Below are positions 1-12,321 of a stretch of DNA of 64,000 nt, piece after piece. The notes beneath the pieces are model-generated. The model ran no database searches, was not told where the DNA came from, and was given only the letters and a program-made list of their open reading frames with translations. The stretch spans positions 7,963,209 through 8,027,208 of the forward strand of contig NC_052171.1 of assembly GCF_902713615.1 (NCBI RefSeq), written 5' to 3'. Origin of the DNA: Scyliorhinus canicula (Eukaryota). The position numbers were made by a program, and so were the translations under genes. Positions within the stretch are counted from its first letter, which is position 1. Each line of letters starts with the position of its first letter.

Positions 1-159
1 AATATTTGCTGCACTGGTTCCTGCCTCCTTCTCCAAAGCGTGTATTAATTCGAGCTAAAGAGCGCAGTTTGAAGCGGTGGATACTCCAGCCGCTTTTGCA
101 AGTCGAGCTGCCGCCCGAGGCTGATGGCGCCCGCCTTTTCTCTCTTGTTGTGCCGTTAG

Positions 160-282
160 AAGTTGATTCGTTTGTGCGGCGAGGACCTGGGATCCAAAAC
201 AGAGAAGGAGGAAGTGCAGTTCCTGACCACAGTCTGTGCGAAACTCAGCCAGGATCCCTACTTGATCAATTTCTTCATTGAG
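160..282 (+). CDS. FHIP2B: FHIP2/FAM160B-family internal exon (gene starts upstream of the window)
   Basis: ttag|AAG...GAG|gtaagg; [41 protein letters not shown] resembles FAM160B proteins. TEKEEVQF and the BRF2 neighbourhood favour FHIP2B over FHIP2A, but the paralog call is uncertain. Confidence 0.85.
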
Positions 283-704
283 GTAAGGACCCATCCACAC
301 AGCAAATCGCAATGGTCTGTCGCGGCAAGTCTGGCTCGAACACTTCTTTAAGGCCGAAGGTCAATTCGGCTGGCCACGCTGGATGGCCTTTGCATCAAAG
401 GTTTAGCCCAAGTGACCACTTGGCGCAACGCGACGTTGCTCTCGTGTGCTCCCTCTTACAGGGGACGCTGCAGCATTGAGGGACATAGGTTGATTCATCC
501 CTCTCCCTCCTGCGCTGTGGGCAGGTTGACCTTCTTCACAAGGCAGCCCTGTCCAGCAGAAAGCTGTTTGACCTTCACTGTGGGCTGAACCCGCAAACAG
601 CCCAAGACGCTGACAATCGCGGGTACTGTGTTCCCAAATGGCCACTCTGCCTTTTCGATGGGATTTTCCACTCTCCGCAACCCCTCACAGGGACATTCAA
701 CCTC

Positions 705-845
705 CTGTCCGTGGGGAGTTTGCACATTCTCCCCGTGTCTGCATGGGTCTCACCCCCACAACCCGAAAAGATGTGCAGGGTAGGTGGATTGGCCGCGCTA
801 AATTGCCCCTTCATTGGAAAAAAAAGAATTGGGTACTCTAAATTT
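705..845 (+). mobile_element. 5'-truncated HE1/V-type SINE
   Basis: gtggggagtttgcacattctccccgtgtctgc...ggattggccgcgctaaattgcccc core recurs many times in the window. Confidence 0.8.
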
Positions 846-944
846 TAAAAAAACAAAGTGATTTCAGAAACAGTGCAGGGAACAGTGACCCCAAGAGGCA
901 GCTGCACTGTGCATCGACGGTTAAACTTTTTTGTGACTACGTTA

Positions 945-1195
945 ACGTGGGCCGGAGATCTGAGTTCAGTTCCGGTCTTGTCCGTGCGGAGTCTGCACGT
1001 CCTCCCCGTGTCTGTGTGGGTTTCCTCCGGGTGCTCCGGTTTCCTCCCATAGTCCAAAGATGTGCAGGTTTGGTGGATTGACCATACTAAATTGCCCTTA
1101 GTGACCATGAGTGTGGGAAGAGGGACTTACAGAGGGTTGGTGCAGACATGATGGGCTGAATGGCCTCCTTCTGCACTGTAATGATTCTATGATCT
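945..1195 (+). mobile_element. HE1/V-type SINE
   Basis: V-domain tgggtttcctccgggtgctccggtttcctccca; tail ggcctccttctgcactgt. Confidence 0.8.
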
Positions 1196-1208
1196 CTTGT
1201 GAATTTAG

Positions 1209-1442
1209 AAGAAGGATTCCGCCGATTACAGAAGATTATCGTCCTGCCCCTCTGAGAAGAACCGAGTTCAGCGAGACCAGGCCTTCGGGACAGAATCGCC
1301 ACGGTCGAGCTGGTCCCAGGGGTCACAGCTCGACCCATCTCCTACACCGTGCGCTAGCTCCACACGCCTCAACCCCGAGGGCGAAGGCGGCCAGCGAGAC
1401 AGGACCCTGCTCAGTGCTTTGCTGACCCTGACTGCAAGTGAG
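1209..1442 (+). CDS. FHIP2B: FHIP2B exon (variable low-complexity linker)
   Basis: tttag|AAG...GAG|gtagat; 234 nt, open, phase 0-0; ends in TLLSALLTLTASE, like the family motif NLxxSLLxLxxS. Confidence 0.75.
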
Positions 1443-1872
1443 GTAGATCCAGCATGGCTGTGTCCAGCAGGCAAGAGGGGTGCGGGGAAGCACGAGACGG
1501 GGAAGGAAGCGAGCGAGGGAGTGAGTTCGAGCGCTGGGCGCGGGATTGGGACCATTGGATGGAGAGTCAGTTCAGTTCAATTGCTAATTTCTGCCAGAAT
1601 CAGTGATGTAGTCTCACCCCAGTAGACTACAGCGAGGATTGAGCTGACTGAAACCTTCAGAAAAGTTACATTTCACCTCTGCTGCTCAACACAGACACAA
1701 TTAATGTCAATTCTGTTCACCCAAGTAACCAAAGGGTTTGAGAAGGGGCTGAATTTGAATAAACACTGCCACACCAACTAATAGTTGTCCCCGTAACATT
1801 CTCACTGTCTCGGGGGGCTGTGACGAGGAGCTGTGGCCTTTGAATTGGAACTTGCACCAGGAAGCGATTTCA

Positions 1873-2110
1873 GGGGCGGCACGGCGGCGCAGTGGCTAGC
1901 ACCGTTGCCTCACGGCGCCGAGGACCCGGGTGCGATCCCAACCCCAGGTCACTGTCTGTGTGGAGTTTGCGTCTCTCTCCCTGTGAATTCTCCGCGTGTC
2001 TGCGTGCATCTCACTCCCCCCACGACCCAAAAAAACGATGTGCAGGGTAGGTGGATTGGCCACGTTAAATTGCCCCGTAATTGTGAAAAAATAATTGGGT
2101 GCTCTAAATT
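1873..2110 (+). mobile_element. tRNA-derived HE1-like SINE
   Basis: A-box/B-box-like head (ggcgcagtgg...ggtgcgatccc) plus the core. Confidence 0.8.
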
Positions 2111-2549
2111 AAAGAAAAAGAAAGTGATTTCAGAAACAGTGGAGGGAAAAGTGACCCCAAGAGGCAACTCCGCCACGATTCGATGGTTAAACTCGTTTGT
2201 TTTGGCGACTACATTAACAGCACGAGAAATAAGTGTTTACTTTAACACCACATCAAATCTTTAAAAATACAGGCTCCATTTTGATCAGTCTGATCAAGAA
2301 TATTGAGAACATGCGTGATTTCCAGGGCAGAAACTTGGCCTTTAAACCCAACTTCTCCCAGTCGTGCCTCTTCATACCCCTAGTACATCTCACGGTATCA
2401 GAATACCCTGCAGTTCCTTTCTCCCTCGTGGGTTTATGTAGCTTTCCTTCAGGGCATTCATACTTTTCACTTCTGCGTGTGAGTTCCACATTCTCACCAT
2501 ATACAGTACAAAAATAAGGCAGCTGAATCCAGGCCTTGTGTGTTCAGAC

Positions 2550-3083
2550 CATAAGACATAGAAGCAGAATTAGGCCACTCAGCCCATCGAGTCTACTCCA
2601 CCATTCAATCATGGCTGATATTTTCTCATCCCCATTCTCCTGCATTCTCCCCATAACCCCTGATCCCCTTATTAATCAAGAACCTATCTATCTCTGTCTT
2701 AAAGACACTCAGTGATTTGGCCTCCACAGCCTCCTGCGGCAAAGAGTTCCACAGATTCACCACCCTCTGGCTGAAGAAATCCCTCCTCATCTCTGTTTTA
2801 AAGGATCGTCCCTTCAGTCTGAGATGGTGTCCTCTGGTTCTAGTTCCTGCTCGTGGAAACATCCTCTCCACGTCCACTCTATCCAGGCCTCTCAGTATCC
2901 TGTAAGTTTCAATAAGATCCCCCCTCATCCTTCTAAACTCCATCGAGTACAGACCCAGAGTCCTCAACCGTTCTTCATACGACAAGCTCTTCATTCCAGG
3001 GATCATTCTTGTGAACCTCCTCTGGACCCTTTCCAAGGCCAACACATCCTTCCTTAGATACGGGGCCCAAAACTGCTCACAAT
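2550..3083 (-). mobile_element. CR1 LINE 3' fragment
   Basis: ORF 2626-3045 LERVQRRFTRMIPG...RGDLIETYRI...FFSQRVVNLWNSLP is the CR1 ORF2 C-terminus. Confidence 0.9.
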
Positions 3084-3851
3084 AAAGAGGGCTGTCTTGA
3101 ATTTCTGATCGGACTTATTGGTAGTTATCTTATAGTTCTGGTGTCCCACATCCTCCAAACCCGTCATAATTGTCAAGACCTTGATTCAGCTGCCTTATTT
3201 TTCTCGTGTAACGAGCCCCTGGTCAGTTCAACCTTTCCTGATAGTCCGAACCTGCTACGACCCCCTCAGAGGCCATATCCTATATTGTATATGATTACCC
3301 TCTGACACCTTGGAGTACAACCCCACCCCCACCCCCCTCCCAGGCGATTGTGAGGAGCGAAACCTCCGGCGTAATTGGGACCTGTGAGCAGGTTGGGGAG
3401 GGTGACCCTGCGGAGTGTAATTGTAGTATTCTGAGGCGAGTAAATAAACCTCGTTATCCTACCCACCTGGTATCGTATGGAGTCCTTCGTGTGTCACTCA
3501 ACCTCTCCGTTCTGGAATCATTCGAGCAAATCTTTTCAGTGCCTCAATATCCTTTTTATAGTGTGGAGACTGGAGCTGTGCATGTGTGGCCTAGCCAAGG
3601 TCCAAGGCGAGAAGGAAATTTTGGCATGGGCCGAGTCACCCGCCCGCCGGAATTTCCTGAAAACAGGAATGGGGTGCGCTGTAGATATACCCGGTTTAGC
3701 TCAGTTGGCTCGACAACTGGTTGGTGATGCGCAGCAAGGCCAGCATCACAGGTTCAATTCCCGTACCGGCTGAGGTTATCCATGAAGGCTCAACCTCGCC
3801 CCTCGCCTGAGGTGTGGTGATCCTCAGGTTAAATCACCACCAGTCAGCTCT

Positions 3852-3883
<32 letters not shown>

Positions 3884-4182
3884 CCTCAAAGGGGAAAGCA
3901 GCCTATGGTCATCTGGGACTATGGCCACTTTACTATACTTTGAATAGACCCAAATGTTGGCTGATACTTTCTGTAATTGCTTTTATATTTCTATTGTAAA
4001 TGCCATCTGAATGCCGCTAATGATTTTTGCCAGCATGGCGTGCTGTCTTCCTCTGCCAGGGTTGGCCGTAAGTGCCACCTGGTTACCTGGGCATTAGAAA
4101 TGTGGGAAAGGGGTTTATAATGGTGCAAGATTGCACGTGTTAAGATTTCAAATACGTTCTTGACATTCTTCTCTGCATTTAG

Positions 4183-4379
4183 AAACCTCAGTTTGCACTG
4201 AAGGCCTGCGAAGGTTTGCTCCTCTTGGCCAGGTTACCAGAGGAGGTGGCAGCACGGTACATGGTGGAAAGCACGGCGGTGTGTCGCACGCTTTCCGACA
4301 GATTGTCTGATCTCTGCAAACTGATACCGGACTCCATCGACCCTGGACAAGTTGAGTTGCTGGGAAGAGTAAACTGGCG
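4183..4379 (+). CDS. FHIP2B: FHIP2B exon
   Basis: tttag|AAA...CG|gtacgc; KPQFALKACEGLLLLARLPEE...IPDSIDPGQVELLGRVNW; phase 0-2. Confidence 0.85.
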
Positions 4380-4423
4380 GTACGCAGGGGCTAATTCCAT
4401 TCACGAATTGTGTGTGTGTGTGC

Positions 4424-4456
<33 letters not shown>

Positions 4457-4606
4457 TGTGGGGCGCGGGGAAGAAACAGAAAAAGTTCCATGTGCTGAGC
4501 TCCTTTGCAGAGAGTATCGATATTTCTCAAACCGCCTCACACACTGAATTAGGTGCGAAATAAAAGCGGAAAATGCTGGGCTTACACCCGGTGACAGAAC
4601 CACAAG

Positions 4607-4915
4607 CGGCACGACGGCACAGTGGTTAGCACTGTTGCTTCACAACGCCAGGGGCCCGGATTCGATTCCCGGCTTGGGTCGCTGTCTGTGCGGAGTCTGC
4701 ACGTTCTCCTCCGTGTCTGTGTGGGTTTCCTCCGGGTGCTCCGGTTCCCTCCCACAGGACCTGAAAGATGTGCTTGTTGGGTGAATTGGACATTTTGAAT
4801 TCTCCCTCTGTGCACCCGAACAGACGCCGGATTGTGGCGACGAGGGGCTTTTCACAGTAACCTCATTGCAGTGTTACTGTCAGCCTACTTGTGACAAAGT
4901 AAAGATTATTATTAT
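4607..4915 (+). mobile_element. tRNA-derived SINE (V core, alternative tail ending in ATT repeats)
   Basis: Head ggcacagtggttagcactg...ttcgattcccgg; tail cttttcacagtaac...aaagattattattatt. Confidence 0.8.
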
Positions 4916-5015
4916 TAAATGGCCTCCCACCGTGCCATCAGTTGCTCTGATGCGATCGTGAATGTGGTCTGTTGGATGTACTGGTGCTGAACTCTGGTTT
5001 GCTCTGCACCCACAG

Positions 5016-5133
5016 CTCGCACTGTGCTGCCAGCCGTGTGGAAGATGCCGACTCATTTCCAGGTAAAGGGGCCGCGATGTCTTTCTTCTCCTGGCTGGAC
5101 TACTGTGATCAGCTGGTGAAGGAAGCCCATGAG
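5016..5133 (+). CDS. FHIP2B: FHIP2B exon
   Basis: cacag|C...GAG|gtaggt; [25 protein letters not shown]; phase 2-0. Confidence 0.88.
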
Positions 5134-5646
5134 GTAGGTTCCTGTCGCCAGGTGCACGGGTGCGGGGCGGGGGGGTTTCAGCTTGCACGTTCACTCGGTG
5201 AGGGATGAGTGGGATTGTACTGTGCGGAGAGCCAATGGACTAAAGATTGCGGTTGCATCAGGGTATACCCTCCCGATTAGGTTAGAATGAACCGGCCTTC
5301 CCACTTTGAAATAATAATGTTTTTTCCGAGAAGCAATGGGGCGGCACAGTGGTTTGCGCTGCTGCCTCACAGCGCCGGGGCCCCAGGTTCAGTTCCAGTC
5401 TCGGGTGTCTGACTGGATTGGCCGTGCTAAACTTGTCCCTTGTTGCCCAAGGATGTGCTGGTTGGGTGTTGTCACGGGGATAGGGTAGGGGACTGGGCCA
5501 GGTTGTGTGCTCTTTTGGAGGGCCGGTGCAGACCCGATGGGCCGAATGGCCGTCTGCGTTGTAGGGATTCCATGAAGCTCCACAGCAGTTTGGAAAATAA
5601 GCAAAAATTGACCATTTCCCCTGCTGCAAAATCTGGAGTTTTCGAC

Positions 5647-6425
5647 ATAAGACATGGGAGCAGATTTAGGTCATTCGGCCCATTGAGTCTGCTCCGCCAT
5701 TCACTCATGGCTGATATGTTTCTCATCCCCATTCTCCTGCCTTCTCCCCATAACCCCTGATCCCCCTTATTGATCAAGAACCTATCTACCTCTGTCTTAA
5801 AGACACTCAGTGATTTGGCCTCCACAGCCTTCTGCGGCAAAGAGTTCCACAGATTCACCACCCTCTGGCTGAAGAAATTCCTCCATATCTCTGTTTTAAA
5901 GGATCGTCCCTTCAGTCTGAGATGGTGGCCTCTGGTTCATCCTCTCCACGTCCACTCTATCCAGACCTCTCAGTATCCTGTACGTTTCAATAAGATCCCC
6001 CCTCATCCTTCTAAACTCCAATGAGTACAGACCCAGAGTCCTCAACCGTTCCTCATACGGCAAGCTCTTCATAATAATAATAACCTTTTATTGTCACAAG
6101 TATGAAGTTACTGTGAAAAGCCCTAGTGGCCACAATCCGGCGCCTGTTCGGGGAGGCCGGTACGGGAATTGAACCCGCGCTGCTGGCCTTGTTCGGCATC
6201 ACAAACCAGCTGTCTAGCCCACTGGGCTAAACCAGCCCATTCTCGTGAACCTCCTCTGGACCCTTTCCAAGGCCCAGCACATCCTTCCTTCGATACGGGG
6301 CCCAAAACGGCTCACAATACTCCAAATGGGGTCTGACCAGAGCCTTATACAGCCTCAGAAGTACATCCCTGACCTTGTATTCTAGCCCTCTCGACATGAA
6401 TGCTGACGTTGCATTTGCCTTTTCT
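5647..6425 (-). mobile_element. CR1 LINE 3' fragment interrupted by a SINE (6072-6238)
   Basis: Near-identical to 2550-3083; LYKALVRPHLEYC motif. Confidence 0.88.
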
Positions 6426-6707
6426 CCGAGAAGCTGCACATTCTCATTCAAATCTGGAGCTTCCTTCGAGAGAAAGGAAGCGATCTTGGCAGGTTTTGCC
6501 CCGGGGCTGTCGCACCCATCTCACTGGCTTTAGCTGCAGATCAATCGCTGCTGAAGCCGTTCCAGGCTGTGATTTACTGAGGTACGGGGGGGGGGGGGGG
6601 GGACCATGACTGACAGACGCTGTATTGTGTTGTACGCGATGGCGGCCTATTTTCAGTAAAGCATCCTCTCCCTCTTCCAATTCCACCCCCCCCCCCCCCC
6701 CCCCCAG

Positions 6708-6784
6708 GTAACTGCTGCTGCTGTGGCCCAGGAAATCAGGAGGCGTTTCTTTGTCAAAGTCTTGGAGCCACGGCTGTTACAAGT
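6708..6784 (+). CDS. FHIP2B: FHIP2B exon
   Basis: poly-C-cag|GTA...GT|gtgagt; VTAAAVAQEIRRRFFVKVLEPRLLQ; phase 0-2. Confidence 0.85.
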
Positions 6785-6992
6785 GTGAGTACTTGCTTCT
6801 TTCTCTTTTGAGTGAAAAACGTGAGCCGTGCAACAATTGATCAGACTTTCTACCTGCCGTGAGGTACCGCAGCCGATCAGGCGCATGGGTCATATTCAGT
6901 AAAAGGTGCTGCCTCTAAGACTTGTCATCAGCACGGGCCTTGTCCCTCTCCCCCGCCTTATTTCGCTCCCTCCATCATTACGCCTGTCCCAC

Positions 6993-8165
6993 TAAACAGG
7001 TTTGGGAGGTGCGAGTTGCTGCATTGCATCTTGTAGATGGTACACACGGCTGCCACTGTGCATCGGTGGTGGAGGGAGTGAATGTTTGTGGATGGGGTGC
7101 CGATCAAGCGGGGCTGCTTTGACCTGGATGGTGTTGTTATGAGCCAGGGTTTCGAGAACCCCAAAGTGTATCATGGAGTTCACCTGATCCACAACCTTTA
7201 ATAGATTGTGGTATGGGGAGCACACGGCCCACTCTACAGGTGTGGTACAGCAGAAATGGAAAAGTATTTTTTAAAGCAAAACAATGTTTATTCTATGAAC
7301 TCAAGTTAACCTTTTTAAAACATACAGTGAACACCTTAGCAACCATTAATTCAAATATAACTCCCAAAGAATACAACACTAAGTAATCCTTAATAACTTC
7401 CCGAACAACATCCAGAAGACAAAAGAAACACCTTTTAACAGAAGCACATCAGGTTTACATTCACTACTGAGAACATTTATAATTCTGAATTCACCAAATG
7501 ATCAAGACATAGTCTTTTCATGGCAGAGAGAACAGCAGTACACCTGCTCTGTCTCTGGCTTCAGCTCCCAACACTGAAAACGAAACCAAAAACACAGACA
7601 CACCCAAGCTTTTCTCAAAGTGAAACTAAAAAGCAGAGCCCGAGCTCAGCTCCACCCACACTCTGACATCGCTGCAGTAACATGAGCAGCCAAACATTTT
7701 TTAAAGCGACATTCTCTCGACAATGTTGAGCTTCTTGAGTGTTGTTGGGAACTGCACTCATCCAGGCAAGTGGAGAGTATTCCCTCACATTCCTGACTTG
7801 TGCCTTGTAGATGGTGGACAGGCTTTGAGGGGGGGGGGGGGGGTCAGGAGGTGAGTTACTCTCCGCAGGATTCCCAGCCTCTGACCTGCTCTGGTAGCCA
7901 CAGTATTTATATGGCTGGGTCCAGTTCAGTGTCTGATCAATGGTAACCCCATGATGCTGATAATGGAGAGTTCAGCGATGGTAATGCCATTGAATGTCAA
8001 GGGGCGATGGTTAGATCTTCTCTTGTAGGAGATGGTCATTGCCTGGCACTTTTGTGGCGTGAATGTAACTTGCCATTTACCAGGAGGTGAGTTACTCACC
8101 GCAGCCTCTGACCTGTTGTTGTGGCCACAGTGTTTATATGGCTCATGTAACTAATGGTAACTCCA
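6993..8165 (-). mobile_element. CR1/L2-clade LINE fragment split by a solo LTR
   Basis: Reverse complement of the 9240-10460 copy. Confidence 0.8.
7135..7722. mobile_element. Solo LTR (588 bp)
   Basis: TGTTA...CGACA ends; flanks gtgt/atgt; interrupts the LINE phrase ggatggtgt^tgagcttcttg. Confidence 0.7.
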
Positions 8166-8317
8166 AGATGTGGAAGCTCCAACATTTGTTGACTCGAAGA
8201 TTTACTTGAGCAGAGAGCTAGATTTGTGCCTCTTTAATAAAGCTCTGCTCAGAGATTTATTGCGTACCCTGTTATTGCCCGTGATTGACCCTTGTACACT
8301 TTTCTTGCTCTCCGCAG

Positions 8318-8510
8318 ATCCGAGGCCAGGATCCTCTCGTCCACGGAGCTGCTTATGGGGGTCGTGACTCACGTCACGTCACCCTGTTTGCTGGATGAAC
8401 TTGTTCTCTTTTTGCTGGGAGAAGAGAGAGAGGGGGAGGTGCCTGGCCAACCAGCCTGTCACCCGCTGCGTTACCAGCTGATCGATCGCTGCAACCACCT
8501 GTCCGACGAG
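8318..8510 (+). CDS. FHIP2B: FHIP2B exon
   Basis: cgcag|A...GAG|gtgagg; SEARILSST...SPCLLDELVLFLLGE...HPLRYQLIDRCNHLSDE; phase 2-0. Confidence 0.9.
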
Positions 8511-8990
8511 GTGAGGTTGCAGGTCAACCTGGGGAGAGGTCACAGGTCAACCTGGGGAGAGGCCACAGGTCAATGCAGGGAGAGGTCACAGAGCAACACG
8601 GGGAGAGGCCGCGAGGGAGAGGTCGCAGGTCAGTGCAGGGAGAGGACACAGGCCAACACGGGGAGAGGACGGGAGGAAGTGCAGGGAGAGATGACAAATT
8701 ATCATGGGGAGAGGTTGCATATCAACATGGAGAGAGGTCAGTGCTGGGAAAGGTGACTGATCAACAGAGGGAGAGCTCGCATATCAACATGGAGAGGTCG
8801 CAGGTCATAATGGTAAGAGGTCACAGGTCAGCGTGGGGAGAGGTCGCAGTTCTACACGGGGAGAGGCTGCATCTCAACACAGGAAAGGTCACGGGTCAAC
8901 ACAGAGAGGTCACAGGCAGTGCAGTTTAGCCAGCATGGAGAGGTCGCAGGTTAACACGTGAAGAGGTTGTCGGTCAATGCGGTTCAGCCA
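8511..8990 (+). repeat. Degenerate ~21-22-bp minisatellite
   Basis: ggggagaggtcacaggtcaacac-like units starting at the exon donor. Confidence 0.8.
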
Positions 8991-9239
8991 GCAGGGAGGG
9001 GGGGTCACAGACAACTGGGGAGGCTACAGACCAGTGAATTGAGGTCAGCATGGTGAAGTTTCGCCTTGTGTACTCATCGGATTTTGTTAAAAGGTTAGTC
9101 AGCTGCTCAATTTGAAGCTTCTGTTGAAGCAATAGTTGCTAAATGCGGCTTCAAAGTTAGGTTTAGTTGACAGCATTGCCATGTCTCGGCTGGTCGTTTG
9201 GGTCCCATCTCAGAGTTTGGGTTTGTAAATACACAAACT

Positions 9240-10460
9240 GATGGCTTGATATGGATTGTGAAGCTCACAAAAGAGCTGAATGCCAGAGGTGAGGTGAGAG
9301 TGACTGCCCTTGACATCAAGGCAGCATTTGACTGATAATGGTATCAAGGAGCCTGGGCTAAACTGGAATCAATGGGAATCGGGGAAAACTCTCGGCTGGT
9401 TGTAGTCATACCTGGCACAAAGGAAGATGGTTGTGGTGGTTGGAGGTCAATCATCTCAGCTCCAGGACATTACTGCAGGAGTTCCTCAGGGTAGTGTCCT
9501 AGGCCCCAACCATCTTCAGCTGCTTCATCAATAACCTCCATTCCAACATAAGATTAGAAATAGGGATGTTCGCTGATGACTGCACAATGTTCAGCACCAT
9601 TCACAACGCCTCAGATAATGAAGCCGTCCATGTCCAAATGCAGCAAGACCTGGACAATATCCAGGCTTGGGGCTGACAAGTGGCAAGTTACATTCGCGCC
9701 ACACAAGTGTCTGGAATCTCCAACAAGAGAGGATTTAATAACCACCCCCTGACATTCAATGGCATTACCATCACTGAATCCCCGACTATCAACATCCTGG
9801 GGGTTACCATTGATCAGAAACTGAACTGGACCCAGCCATATAAATACTGTGGCTACCAGAGCAGGTCAGAGGCTGGGAATCCTGCGGAGAGTAACTCACC
9901 TCCTGACTCTCCCCAAAGCCTGTCCACCATCTACAAGGCACAAGTCAGGAGTGTGATGGAATATTCTCCACTTGCCTGGATGAGTGCAGCTCCCAACAAC
10001 ACTCAAGAAGCTCAACACCATCCAGGACAAAGCAGCCCCGCGTGATCGGCACCCCATCCACAAACATTCACTCCCTCCACCACCGACGCACAGTGGCAGC
10101 CGTGTGTACCATCTACAAGATGCACTGCAGCAACTCACCAAGGCTCCTTAGGCAGCATCTTCCAAACCCACGGCCTCTACCATCTAGAAGGACAAGGGCA
10201 GCAGATACCTGGGAACCCCACCACCTGGAGGTTCCCCTCCAAGCCACTCACCACCCCGACTTGGAAATATATCGGCCGTTCCTTCACTGTCGCTGGGTCA
10301 AAATCCTGGAACTCCCTCGCTAACAGCACTGTGGGTGTACCTACACCACACGGACTGCAGCGGCTCAAGAAGGCGGCTCACAAACACTAACTGAAGGACA
10401 ACTAGGGTTGGGCAATACATGCTGGCCTAACCAGCGATACCACATCCCGTAAATGAATTT
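9240..10460 (+). mobile_element. CR1/L2-clade LINE 3' part (decayed RT)
   Basis: GVPQGSVLGP, FADD (ttcgctgatgac) and IYKAQVRSVMEYSPLAW motifs, with frameshifts. Confidence 0.88.
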
Positions 10461-10492
10461 TAAAACACATGTATTTGCAGTCGGCAGGGTGA

Positions 10493-10684
<192 letters not shown>

Positions 10685-10927
10685 TAAGAGATTTGGGTTA
10701 ACCGTTGTCGACATTGCTGTAGATACAGTGACGGTGTGAAGGTTTGGCTGCCTTTTAACTGGTTTTCTTTTGCGAAGCTTGCTGGGTGTAAAGCAGGTGA
10801 CTCACTTGTGTTTCTCACTCACTGCTTTGTCCTGTTCAAATCTCCGGCTGGGGCTACGGGAAGGGCTGTTGTTAGTGCTGAATAATGACTCAACGCTAAA
10901 AATCACCCGCTGGAAATAGATTTAAAA

Positions 10928-11285
10928 GGGGCAGCACGGAGGGGCAGTGGTTAGCACTGCTGCTTCACGGCACCGAGGTTCGATCCCGGCTCTGGGTCAC
11001 TGTCCGTGTGGAGTTTGCACATTCTTCCCGTGTTTGCGTGGTTCTCACCCCCACACCCCAAAGATGAAATGAAATGAAAATCGCTTATTGTCACAAGCCC
11101 CTAGTCGCCACATTCCGGCGCCTGTTCGGGGAGGCTGGTACGGGAATTGAACCGTGCTGCTGGCCTGCCTTGGTCTGCTTTCAAAGCCAGCGATTTAGCC
11201 CTGTGCTAAACCAGCCCCAGGGTAGGTGGATTGGCCACGCTAAATTGTCCCTTAATTGGAAAAAATGAATTGGGTACTCTAAATT
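10928..11285 (+). mobile_element. HE1-like SINE with nested reverse SINE (11065-11219)
   Basis: Core broken at aaagatg^...agggtaggtggattgg. Confidence 0.8.
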
Positions 11286-11593
11286 TATATAAAAGAAGCG
11301 ATAGATGAAAATTAACAGGAGTTTTTATATAAATTTTATCAAAGGTTTTGTGATGGATATCAAGGAGGCCGCATGCAAACCAGAAGCTTGCCGATGACAG
11401 GGGTGAGGCCAACCCTTGACTTAATGCGTTCAGGTGTCAGATTGCTGACTTCAGTTGCGTTGCGTCTCCTGCATCGTTGTGCGCGCGGTAAGGTTTAGCG
11501 TGTCAGCCAAAAACCAACAGTCACATGAGCCATCAGATTTGCGGCGAGACACTGATTTCTCGAACGCACTGGGGAATTTTTATTTCGTTCATT

Positions 11594-11890
11594 TCGGTGG
11601 CACAAGTGGCTAGCATTGTGGCTTCACAGTGCCAGGTTCCCAGGTTCGATTCCCCGCTGGGTCACTGTCTGTGCGGAGTCTGCACGTTCTCCCTGTGTCT
11701 GCGTGGGTTTCCTCCGGGTGCTCCGGTTTCCTCCCACAGTCCAAAGACGTGCAGGTTAGGTGGACTGGACATGCTAAATTGCCCCTTTGTGTCCAAAAAA
11801 GGTGAGATGGGGTTATTGGGTTACGGGGATAGGGTGGAAGTGCAGACTTGATGGTCCGAGTGGCCTCCTTCTGCACTGTATGTTCTGTGT
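11594..11890 (+). mobile_element. HE1/V-type SINE
   Basis: Head, V core and tail present. Confidence 0.8.
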
Positions 11891-12180
11891 TCGTCGTGGG
11901 ATGTGTGTTCCGCCGGCAAAACATTCGTTGCCCACCCCGCATCGTCCTTGAGATCTGGTGGAGGCAATTAAATGACCTGCTGGGCTATTTTAGAAGGTAT
12001 GGAACAACCAAGCACACGGTTGTAGGTCTGGAATGACATCACATCAGACCGGGGAAAAAAGCAGATTTCCTTCCCTACGGGACGTTAGTCAACCCAGTGG
12101 TGCCCACACTAACACGGTAGACCGTGCTTCATCGAGCCAGAAACATAATGATCGGATCGCCATTTGTTTCCCTCCTTCAG

Positions 12181-12321
12181 TGAATTGGAAGAGGATCCTT
12201 TCTTCACAGACATATACACAGGGAGCAGATTCCCAGCTTCTGATTGGCTCGTTCCACCAGTAGCAACGCAGGAGGCAACAAAGGCTGATGGGAAACCGGA
12301 GGTTAACAGGATAGTCAACAG
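12181..12321 (+). CDS. FHIP2B: FHIP2B exon
   Basis: ttcag|T...AG|gtgagt; ELEEDPFFTD...DGKPEVNRIVN; phase 2-2. Confidence 0.88.

Noticed and set aside
3852-3880. Long C/G homopolymers giving poly-Pro/Gly ORFs
   Set aside because: Scattered through introns and repeats; non-coding, and lengths are error-prone.
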